The position numbers and the translations under genes were made by a program. A stretch of DNA of 62,092 nucleotides, the filler included, from Choristocarpus tenellus KU-1152 (lineage: Eukaryota; Protista; Phaeophyceae), in the NCBI GenBank assembly GCA_964200185.2. It is 10 parts of 10 records of this genome, joined end to end, with 100 filler letters (N's around TTAATTAATTAA, not from the genome) between each part and the next. Parts side by side here need not be neighbours in the genome. Positions count along the whole stretch, not along the records: positions 50,557 to 55,233 come from CAXNAD020013502.1; positions 55,334 to 59,354 come from CAXNAD020016633.1; positions 59,455 to 62,092 come from CAXNAD020026061.1; 7 more parts are not named here. One strand, written 5' to 3'. Position 1 is the stretch's first letter, and each line of letters starts with the position of its first letter. Positions 51,603 to 62,092 of this stretch are shown piece after piece. Below the pieces are notes generated by a model. It did not search any database. It saw only the letters and a list, made by a program, of their open reading frames with translations, and was not told the origin of the DNA.

Positions 51603-54600
51603 CTCTCTCACCGCTAGTTTGCACAATCCTGCACCTATTCCGGCTTCCATGAGTGAGATAATGTGCTGGTCCAACGAGCAGTCTCTTCCGCTAGTTGGCC
51701 ATCCCTTCAGTGCAAGCTGCAGCGTATCCCGAAGGTTGGATTCCAGACAATCAATCCCATTTTCTCCCTCGTGCTCATACCTTCCTTTACCCCTGTTCCC
51801 TTCTTTCTCCTGGTGTGCACTAAACGAACCGTCTACACCTGGTGAGTACAATCCGTTGACGTACCCCACGGAGTAGACGAGGCTCTGCAAGACCTCAACT
51901 AGGACTTCATGCCGAGCATCCTGAGCATCAGAGTCTGTATGCCCTCGATCTTGCTCCATGGAATATAGGTCAAGCAGCCATGCAACCAAATCACATGCCA
52001 CAACTTCCTGAAGGACAACATCAGTGCAAGATGCAATGGCAGATCTGGCCAGTAGCCACTGCTCTTGCCAGCTCCCTCTGTGAGCAGTGGGAATGGTACT
52101 TCCGCCCTGCCATGCCTCACCAGCATTGTGATTATAATTATAGCTCACAGCTGCTTGTTCATCGTCTCCACCAACACCCAGGGTTTCTTTATGGTAGTCA
52201 ACCTGCGTACTTCAATTAATTTTGAGTAGATCCATCAGGTGGTTAGAGGATTGAGAGGAGACAGCAATAACTAAACATTGATACATTACGCTCCCTGGCG
52301 ACAGGGAAGAAACCCCACCTGTTGTAGATCCTTACGAAGGCGTCCAAGGACAGAATTTGTACACACGCACTTTAAAGTAGTTCTGAAAGGTGATACACAC
52401 TTCTTTGTGGTACATTGCGATTTGGTAAGTCACTGCAAGATGAATTTGTTCCCACAACCCCAGGTGACAATTTTAAATTGCAAATGTAGAGACACAGTAG
52501 GTGATTAAACATAACACATTGTAGTCATAACACCCATGCCAGGACGCGCTAGAGTATATTACACTACCCAAACTATAGTATTGGCCACGTGGAGTCACCG
52601 TTGAAACCATTTTACGTTTTGTAATTTATGGCAAAGTGTATTATGCTGTAATGAATAAGAAGGTTGCTCTTGCCTGTCTTCCCACAAAGTGATCACTTTT
52701 GTGACTCCAGCTTCCTTTCTCATGTACTCTTTCCCCGCTCTTGTGCAACACTGCAGAGGAGATGTCAACAATAGCTCCTAGACAGGATAAAAACGCAAGA
52801 CTGTGCGTGATATCAACGGCAGCGACGGTCAAGGTATGTTGCACCCGGAAGGTTTCCTTGTATATGCGAAATACTATATTTACTGCACCAGCTATGGCTA
52901 CTAGAGTTGCTACAGTGGTCCCTGCAGATCCCTCTTCTTCTCTCCCCTCCCCCCCCACAACGCTATCTCTTGAAGAGAGTGCTTGGATGGTTCCTCTGCT
53001 TGACACGTAATTGGGGTACCCCTCTTCACTGAACCATACTCCAACCAGGTTAACTGCGTTCTCCAGGACCCGTAGGGCTTCCAGATGAAGCATCCTCTCT
53101 CCATCACTAAACCCCGTGGTGTCTGCAGTTTTTGTGAGGGTCCTTAACAAGACTGTCTCTAGGGATAGGAGGAGGGTAGATATTGCCTCCAACAGGTGGT
53201 CGGGCTCCTGAAGATGGTAAGGAGGAGATAGTATTGTTATGCATCACTTGTCCGTGGAAGTGGAGAGAGGTCAGAGCAGTCTTGTCATTTTCTTACATTA
53301 AAACTGTGTGATATAAATAGAGCAATTTCACATTGTTGTTTATCATTTTATCCTAAGGAGTTAGGGGTAGGAATCGATGTCATAATTTGATGGGGCATAC
53401 TGCTATATCTAGTTGTCTTCTTGTATGAGAAGGTGTTCTTATGTACCTCTAACACAATGCACTAGTGAGTGAAGTATCTCAGAGGGTACGAGTTTTGCCC
53501 TGTTTGTCCATTATTTGGGGCTTGACTTCCCTCGGGGGGTTTTATGACATTTTCCTACTCCAAAATGTTTTGGAGTAGGTAAAATGTATACGTTAAGAAA
53601 AGGTGTGTCCGGAACAAGGATATAGATACTTCCTAATAAACACAATAGCCAAAATTATATCAAAATTGCAACATTCGATATTGACCCCCAAATGGACGCG
53701 GATCTACCCTCTAATATACTTTGGCTCAGTACATGGCAAATGGAGTAATATGTTCGAACTCTACATGATATCAACACCCAACAGGGTTGTGTAGTAGCTT
53801 CATTGATGCTGTGCCAGTGGACTTAGTACTATTTTATCAAATGTCAGTAGGGGCATGAGCATATGGCATGTTAACTCTACCTTAAAAAAACAACTCAATA
53901 GTGTCAGAGACAGGTCATATCTAGTGTTGTCCTTGATACTACTAAAACTGACCACATGCAGCGATATGTGTCCTGAAAACAGAGCTTTCCCTTCAAGGGC
54001 AATGAGATGCGGGTCAAACGCACCACCAGCATGTGGTGACCTGGGCTTGTTCCATACTGTCAATTGTTGAATTCCTGGGGAATATGCTCCGTTCTGAAAC
54101 AGTCACATGTTTAATCACTTTCACCAGGAATTACAGAATACATTGCATTCAAGGTAATAACCTTCACTTAGCTCCTTCAACACTCCTAGATCACTTCCCT
54201 TTTGAATCACCTATCTGGAGGTTGTCATCGCCCCCCCCTCAAACGGAGTACAGCCCTTCATGGTGGCACTCATGCCAAGGTTCGAACCCTGAACCTAGGC
54301 TTCAACGGCGAGGACAACAGTAAGAGTAAACAGAATCGAAATTTCACATGGTATCCCATGGTCGTGTATTGCCACATCATTCAAGGCCCCCTTTCCCCCT
54401 TTTCTCTCCCTCCCTGACCTTGGGGAGAGGAATGTCTCCACTATTGATCAGGCTCAGCACCTCTGCCGCTATGCCAAGTGACCCTCTTTCCCCTCCCTCA
54501 GATTTGAGGGGGGACTTGACCTCAGTTGCTGCTGCTGTTAAGAGTTCCTCAACGATCCCCCCAGAGCAGTTGCTTGACACAATCGTCAGTGCTGTAAGCA

Positions 54601-54632
54601 GTAGGCGAGATGACACAGCAAATGCTCGCTCC
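51603..54632 (-). CDS. Internal exons of a large hypothetical helical protein
   Basis: Co-oriented AG/GT-bounded Leu-rich coding segments at ~54419-54632, ~53955-54094, ~52675-53207 and 51603-52202. No secure domain assignment. Confidence 0.6.
53467..53727 (+). mobile_element. MITE family A full-length intronic copy
   Basis: Collinear with 61173-61429, with imperfect TIRs. Confidence 0.88.
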
Positions 54633-55133
54633 TGGTATCAGTTGGCGATGGGCTTGGTGTTGGGGGATGGGCTTGGTGTTGGGGGTCACGAGAAAGGGGT
54701 GGAAAAAACCTTCTCCAGTCATGTGTGGATGGGTCTGAGACCCAGAGTAGTTTTCAGAAATGGTAAGGGAAGGAATACATGGATAGAAGACAATGCCCAG
54801 ATCTTTCCCAAGAACGAGCCTGGGTTACCACACTTCAAATGTTAATCTCCAATAATATTTGCCATGTTTTCTTGTTGGACGACAATACCAGTGTGATGGG
54901 AAAAAATCAATTTTGACGTGGTAACACCATAAAATGGCAGATATCGCTAGAGACGAACAGGTAGGTATCTGTAACTATATCGTCATACCACCCCCTTCCC
55001 CTTCTACCTCCAGTAGTGTCTTTTCATTCCATCCACCAATATATTATTATTATGTCCTCTGACATTTTGCAGATGTGTTAGGGGAAAAACCAATGAAAAA
55101 CCATTCAAATGTCAGACAACCCCTGAAAAAATA

Positions 55134-55233
55134 GAGCCAAAGTATCTTAGAGGGTAGAGCTGCGTCCATTTGGGGGGCCAAAGGTCAATGTTACTATTTT
55201 GATGTTATTTTGCCTATCGTGTTGGTTAGGAAG
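55134..55233 (-). mobile_element. MITE family A end, abutting a family C arm
   Basis: GAGCCAAAGTATCTTAGAGGGTAGAG directly follows the family C arm at 55045-55130; cut by the linker. Confidence 0.8.
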
Positions 55234-55719
55234 NNNNNNNNNNNNNNNNNNNNNNNNNNNNNNNNNNNNNNNNNNNNTTAATTAATTAANNNNNNNNNNN
55301 NNNNNNNNNNNNNNNNNNNNNNNNNNNNNNNNNAACTTCCATGGTTTCATTCTAAAGGAAAAAGTCCGTCAGTGAAATCATGGACTCTTGACTAGGAACC
55401 TCAATCGGTACCACGGTATAACGGTATATGACACACGCCAATAACTGTATAATAACAGGCAAACATGCTTTCCACATTTTGGAGAGATGATATCTTTCAC
55501 ACTTACACCAACTATTACTTTTGGACATGATATTGAATTGGCTTTGACAAATCTACAAAATGTCAGACACGGTGTAGTGATATATAATATATTTCTCAAA
55601 AAATACCGATAAAAAATATATAAAAGTATGGATCAACATTTTTTCCCAACCCACACCCTCTACCTAATAACTCCTCTAACCTTCTCTCACCACCATTGTA
55701 CGTTTGCAGTGGACTGCAG

Positions 55720-57954
55720 ATGAGTCGGGGTGGTAGGGGAAGGGAATCGCGAAACACATGGAGGCGTTTCGTGGATGCCTTGCACAGTAACCAAAACTTC
55801 GAATACATCTACTGGTGCCAGGTGAAAAGCCTTTGGCAGCATCCGACATCATTTCATCCTTCCTATCCACAGTTGTTGGTTATTAAAAGTTGAAAGATTT
55901 TAAATATGGGAACGCGTAAGACCCTATTACCCATCTAATTACTGTGACCAATTCCCTCGTTGAATGTTGCCTAGAACAGAATTGCTCTCCTCTTTCCTGT
56001 CTACCTTACAATCCTCTCCATGTTCGTGATATCCTATCTTTTGAAGAGAATTTTTGAAATCGCCCTTTGAGACATTGCCTTGGGGACGGAAGGACATCGT
56101 TATAGCCAAATATTTTTTGCCTCCTTCCTTCTCACCCTTGCATTGGTTGTCTCGAGGTGGCATGATCAATGATCACCTATCGCATTTTCTAATTGCCTAT
56201 CCAACACTCAACCAATACTTCCCCCCTCTAAACTTCCTACCGAACGCTCACACGTATAAACGCCCTATCCCTTGCTTCACTGGTATCCAAGATTGGGTTG
56301 GGTCTATGCTTTGACTGGTTCATGCGCCTTGTTGGACCACTGCTGCTGGTTTTCGCAACAGGGCTCATCTCGGCTGTAATCTGCTTATTCTTTAAGTTCA
56401 TTTTGCCAGCTACAGCTCCCGTTGGTTCATTCTACGTGAGTTTCCCACCCAACATACCCATCGCCGAAAGGTCCCAGGAGTATATTCTTCAGTCCTGAAC
56501 CCCCGACGAAAATGGAGCAAGCAGGCACCAATGACTGCATGTACTGTTCTGCGGGGGACAATATGTTGCCCATATGCTCCAGTGATGGCGGTTGTGCTTA
56601 CACCGTACTGTGCTATGTGCTATGTATTTAGGTGTTCGCTCATGTGCTGATGACTGTGTTCTCAAAATCTGCAAAATGTCGACTCGCCGCAAAAATGATG
56701 CTGTTGATGAGATGATCGGTTGAACAGAAGATTCTACGTTGTATGGCATGGTCGAACTTGTGAAGCCGAGATTTTTTTGCCCGCTACTTCACATTGGGTA
56801 AAACTTCAGTATGTACTTTTTTTCAACCTTTGCACCGCCGCCAGTGCGTGCACACTGAAGGATCGACCTGACCTTACCACTTGATGCGCATTAACAAATG
56901 TTAGAAAAACGTATTTTTGCGTTGTTACATGTAGAATGTGGTTGAGGGGAATGGTGAACCTTGCAGCTTGAAAATTATCTTTATCTTGAAAATACATCAC
57001 TTATTCATGAGTTGTAACCATTAAAAAAAATTGATTTCCAAATGGATGGAATTCTAGAAGCTGTTTACACCATTTACAACATATTGTGCGATACAGCCAA
57101 TGCTAAAATTCTGAAGCACCTTCTACTCAAAATGCTCTGTTTCTTCCCCCCCCTGCCCTCTGACTGCTTGTAATGTGCATTACATGTATCCTATGCCTCA
57201 AGTATTATGCACACTCTGCTGTGGCCCTGTTCCTGGCCTTCAATGTGTTCTTCAATTATTACCACTGCGCCTTCACGCGCCCAGGAAAACCCAAAGACTT
57301 CCTTCCTGAGAATGTGACCCTAGGAGATGATGGGGAGGAGACTGCTTCTGAGGGGGAGGATGAAACCAGGTGGGGAAGAGTGCCAACTCAGGAGGAGGAG
57401 GAATAGATTTTTAACAAGCTGCTGCACTGTACTACTGTACTGTGGGAACTGTGGTTGTACTTTTTGCTCTGTTTTTGAGATCGACCTGTGATGGTGAGTT
57501 AATTATCAGAGAGAATCTAGGCAGGGCATAAAGTGTGTTTTGTACACAGGGAAAAATGGATAGATGGATGGGTAGAATGATTGGTGATGTTACAGTAATG
57601 GGTGGATGGTGTAATGGTTAAATTACAGAAGACTTTTGTTGGTTGTGGCTTGCTTCTGTTGAAGTTAGTACCAATCCAATCCGTGAGCATAAACGTACCT
57701 GTACGCACACACGCACACACAATTGCAGACCATTAAACAGTGGGAGCAGTCACAACAGGGGGAGCATTTCGAGGGTGAATGTGGGCAGTACTAGTGGAGG
57801 AGGGGGAGGGGGAGATGGAGGGGATGGGGGCTGGCGGGTAAAACTCCGTCCGCAGGACATCCCCCATGTGCAGTGTGGCTTCTGCAAAAAGTGCAAGGAG
57901 CCGAAACCAGCTAGGGCACATCACTGTCACGTATGTGACATGTGTATTGTCAAT
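55720..57954 (+). CDS. DHHC-type palmitoyltransferase, 5' part
   Basis: In-frame exons 55720-55821, 56292-56435 (TM1), 57203-57369 (TM2, ..FTRPG) and 57729-57954, ending CKKCKEPKPARAHHCHVCDMCIVN, the Cys-rich segment immediately before (M)DHHC. The DHHC exon itself was not found in this contig. Confidence 0.92.
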
Positions 57955-59454
57955 GTGAGTAGAAACTCCTCACCCTTTGTATTGTGTCACGTGCTGTCTC
58001 TTGTGTACGGATTACTAGGCAGAGGGGTGATGGAGACTTTCTTCCCTGGAGTTTCTTACCAGGTTGCCGATACGCACACATGTAATTTGCGGAAGTGGAC
58101 TTGTTTGTTTTTCTCCCTGGAGTCAAACGGTTGCTACAGTGGTGAGGGCTGGGTTGTGGTACGCCTGTTTGTAATATGTGTCACCAATGTCATCAGTAGC
58201 TGTTGCCGTGATGAATGTTCAGGTACCGGGCAATGTCTGTATGCCAAGAGATTGCAGTCACTCTCTAGTCCTGTGCGTACTTGAACCAGTGCGCTATCAA
58301 CTGTTGAAGCACAAGGGTTTTTGTTGCTGCCTCCAGGTGTATGTATGTATAATGTGTGTGTGTGTGAGTAACATCGTCACTGTATTGTTAACAATAGCTT
58401 GCTCTCCTTCTCAAGCCTGTTTTGGTTTTCATAATCCAGGATGCGTTCATGCTGTGGTGATATAGTCCGTGAATTAAGGGTGGGGGTAATGTCGTGCCCT
58501 TGATCCTGTCCTCCAGTCTCTTGTTCCTTCTCTTTATGTGCAATAAATTTTGATAGGAGAGAGCTTGAATGGACATGTTTATTGTTATTTGAAGTTCAAG
58601 TGTGTTTTTTGTTGTATTATGTGAGTTCAATGGCTCTTTCTGTGCAGGATGATCTGCTGTCACAGCCTGTTTATTCTTGCTCAAGAAGTTTTTTAACTAG
58701 AAAAAAAAGTGAAAAATAGGTGTGTTTTGAATCCTTCGTCGCATCTCAGCTACTGTAGACTATGTTGTTGACAGGATGGGATGTGCTTTTTTTATTTGAA
58801 GTATTTTAAAAGCGAGGCTGTGCCAGTTTTTCCTGACACAAACGCAACAAAATTTTGTATTTCTTTGTGCTCACTTGTATACCTTTGATCTGATTGGCTT
58901 GTGTTCAGGCAAGTATACAACTGTACAATACAGTGTCTTCCACCTGTTTTTAAAAATCCCTGATGTGCAAAAAAAATGTTGAATTTGCTACAACATTTTC
59001 AAATCTTGCTTGAATCTTTGTGAGAGGATACATCTACAGGAAACAGAAAATAAACATATTATAATGTCCGTTCCAGTGTTATTTTTTAATAAGTATCGTG
59101 CTTTGGGAGCAACTTCGAGGGCTGGCTTTGTGGAGGGTTAGGGCAGTGAGGTGCCTTAGGGATGCTTTGCTGTTTTGTTTTTAACTGTTTGGTGCTGCCA
59201 GGCCTTTTGTGAAGAGAGCTGCAGTTGCAATGGAGTTTATTTGATTGATAGTGAGAGCAGTTTGCAGTTATCTTCCCCCCCCCCCCCCACACGCCCCCCT
59301 CCCTTGCCGTACTTCCCCCCCCCTCTCCAATCAGGTATCTTTCTATTTGTTTTANNNNNNNNNNNNNNNNNNNNNNNNNNNNNNNNNNNNNNNNNNNNTT
59401 AATTAATTAANNNNNNNNNNNNNNNNNNNNNNNNNNNNNNNNNNNNNNNNNNNN

Positions 59455-59573
59455 CTGAAACATAGATACTGACACTTCCTAACAAACACGATAGTCAAAA
59501 TTACATCAAAATCGCAACATTACATTTCGACCCCCAAATGGACGCATCTCTACCCTCTAAGATACTTTGGCTC
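59455..59573 (+). mobile_element. MITE family A right half
   Basis: Ends TACCCTCTAAGATACTTTGGCTC. Confidence 0.85.
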
Positions 59574-59772
59574 ATATGTTTATTTCTGCTTCAACAATAT
59601 CATCTCATCCGACCGTCCCTGCGTTGCTGCAGCAGTTACCACGCGTAAATACCTACAGAATTAGAGATCCGCTGCTAGCATACGATTCTTCTAGGATTCC
59701 ATCCCCCGTCCCTTGTATCCACCTCCAACACAACTCCCATCCATTTACATACATACGTGCGCTACTACAACA

Positions 59773-60792
59773 GGAACGGCACGAACAAAGATAAGGACAT
59801 GGCTCTGAAGCGAGACCTGGTGATCTCCTGGATAGACTACTGGGCGGATACATACGGGCAGTTCATGCCTCACAAGTCCGCAATTGTGATCTACGCCGCG
59901 AACAAAGAGGTCGGTTTTGCCCTTGGTTGTGGAGAGGTTGGCCGCACCCTGCGTTGGAGTTAGTTGCAAACCGTGTGACCCAGCAGTATGTAGAAGAAGT
60001 GGATCGAAGGAGTATTTCGAGTGGTGGGTGTTTATTACTTCGACCTGTCTGAGATTATGGTTAAAAAAAAAAGTGAAGATTCGTACGAAGTGCTATTTTT
60101 TTCGTTTGCTATGTCGAGACTACAGATGATGATACTCTTCGTCGCTTTTACGAAGGAAGGCACAATAACTGTTATTTCACCGTTGTGTACACCTACTCTG
60201 TGACCCCGGGCCCGGTCAGACATTGGTAGCAAAGTGTGTACTTTATATGTCTAAAGCGCTTCGCGATGATGGTAATGATGATGGTAGATTCCCCTCCTTT
60301 ACCGTTTCTGCAAACGGCAGCAAGGCTCGGACAGAATGACCCTCTTGGCAGATTTACGAAGATAATTGTATTCGACCTTTTGTACCGCACGATGTAAGCT
60401 TGCTTGATCCTGTCTTCCGTGTTCTCAGTCAAGTTATTGGTCAGCCTGCCTCCGAGAGACCTTGCAGCAGTGTTCTTCGAGTGTTCCTTCTCAATAACTC
60501 CTCACTTGCCCACACAGCCAATAATATTAATTAGGAGCTATACAAGGATTTTTGCAAAGAGGCAATATGGGTGTATCCTGACGACACTTCCAAGCGGGTA
60601 AGCAAGGCGCACTTCCTCCGATTGCTTAGAGAGGACAGGATCAACATCAGGGTGGGGGTAGGAGGCGAATTTATGAAATGTGACGTATGTATCACGTTAA
60701 AAGAGAAGCGGCATGGTGCGCCTGGTGTAAAACCCACGAACGACTCCACTGTCCTCGAGTCCATTGACAAGGAGCTGTCAGACCATCGAAAG
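59773..60792 (+). CDS. Two spliced exons of a Sola/DUF7869-like transposase-related protein
   Basis: Exons ~59773-59909 and 60535-60792 join in frame: VISWIDYWADTYGQFMPHKSAIVIYAANKE|ELYKDFC..VSKAHFLRLLREDRINIRV..FMKCDVCITL..SDHRK. This fits the W..G..MP, S..F.R and F.KCxxC..H pattern upstream of the catalytic core. Family assignment is by motif recall only. Confidence 0.6.
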
Positions 60793-61172
60793 GTAGGTGT
60801 CCAGCGTTAATTTTGCGACAAGCGTACAGTGGCAACATGTTGCCGTCATTGCCCTCCATTGGGAACAACATCTGTTGCCTTTGGCGAATGAAGACTCCGA
60901 TGCAGGTGCTTATGGCAGCAGCAGCAGCCTCACTCACCGCAAAACTTGTTATTAGTTGCTCAAACACCTTGTATGATAGACTGCTACCTGGTCGTCTACA
61001 ACGGGCTGTGGGAGGGACAGGTCATGTAGCGGTCTTCCGGCCCGGTACGTACGTACTTCCTACCGTCCCGATAATACTGTGTTTGCTTTGAATGCAGCAA
61101 TAAAAAGCAAGACCAAAGACAATTTTTTTTGTTACATACACCCGATTTCTGTTACTAACCTGATACGTGTTA

Positions 61173-61429
61173 GAGTCAAAGTATCTTAGAGGGTACGAGT
61201 TTTGCCCTGTTTGTTCATTTGGGGGCTTGACTTCCCATGGGTTTTTTAATGGCATTTTCTTCTCCAAAATGTTTAGGGTAGGTAAAATGTATACTTCATG
61301 AAAAGGTGTGTCCGGACAAGGATATTGACACTTCCTAACAAACACGATCGCGAAAATTACATCAAAATCGCAACATTGGATTTTGGCTCCCAAATGGACG
61401 CGGCTCTACCCTCTAAGATACTTTGACTC
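61173..61429 (+). mobile_element. MITE family A, intact 257-bp copy
   Basis: Perfect 23-bp TIR GAGTCAAAGTATCTTAGAGGGTA...TACCCTCTAAGATACTTTGACTC with TA on both sides; no coding capacity. Confidence 0.93.
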
Positions 61430-62092
61430 TATGCCCTGCGTTGGATTACTTGCTTGAATAATTAGTGCGATCGGTGGAGTCGTTTGATTGTCGATGGTGG
61501 AGGTGGTGTAGAAAAAAATAGTACTTCGAAGTAGTTTTTTCAGGGCGGCGTTTCATCGTCATTATGGATGGGTTGACTGACTGAGAAGAAGTGTTATTTT
61601 CCCATATTAATATATTGTTTATCAAATATTGCTATCGTCGCCAAGTAGAAGAAGAAGCTGTGCAAATTACCTTGGGAGGTAATGCTATTTGTTAGTAGTG
61701 AAGATAAGAAGGTGTGAAGCCTCACACGACCCCTTTGCTGAACTTGATTACATGGTTGAAATTAGAAGAGTGACCTTTGTGGGGCCTCTTCTCATTGCTT
61801 GTTTTATTGTTATATGTGCTTCCTACAGAAGTCAACAATTAAATCAAAGTAGTTGAATTCAAATCAACAAAACCTATACATATTCCATTCATAATTCTAA
61901 TGTACTTTCTCATTAGTTACATCACATGGACTTAATCAAAATGACTATCTCTCATACACAAATAAGGTACACCTCACTATTGTCCTATTTGCACACTCCC
62001 CCATGAGAGTGCAGGCAATGAAAGAGTTGCTGGAACTCTCAAACCTAAAACATCTTATTGTGCACACTCCCATTCTGCACACTTCCCCATGA

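Noticed and set aside
52641-53192. Neurochondrin-like motif (VGVWFSEE)
   Set aside because: A single short motif is insufficient without a profile search.
16052-59454. Regularly recurring TTAATTAATTAA palindrome within N runs, resembling an array or recombination site
   Set aside because: Artificial six-frame-stop linker. Gene neighbourhoods across it (e.g. GPI-ZIP-DHHC) carry no meaning.
98-61393. Most 60-130 aa ORFs in the supplied track
   Set aside because: They are antisense or shadow frames of real exons, MITE sequence or intron noise; prokaryote-style ORF calling does not suit spliced genes.

Overview
Eukaryotic, intron-rich genomic DNA, not prokaryotic. The window is ten draft contigs joined by nine artificial 100-bp linkers (N44-TTAATTAATTAA-N44), so adjacency across linkers is not biological evidence. 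GT-AG introns of about 0.1-1.5 kb, single-LRR 72-bp exons, (CCCTAA)n tracts and the GPI sequence suggest a stramenopile, probably a brown alga or close relative (inference). Spliced genes that can be reconstructed: cytosolic glucose-6-phosphate isomerase (7 exons, 3' truncated), a DHHC palmitoyltransferase (4 exons, truncated), one ZIP transporter exon, an LRR gene built from five symmetric 72-bp exons, a gene with a C-terminal F-box lying head-to-head with a gene carrying a possibly inactive herpes-tegument-like (VTD) deubiquitinase fold, and a spliced Sola/DUF7869-like transposase fragment. The rest is dense in MITE families (two share a terminal motif), retroelement relics and interstitial telomeric repeats. 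No prokaryote-type novel system is supported. The best leads are the modular LRR exon array, the F-box/pseudo-DUB divergent pair, and the spliced transposase with its candidate MITE partners.
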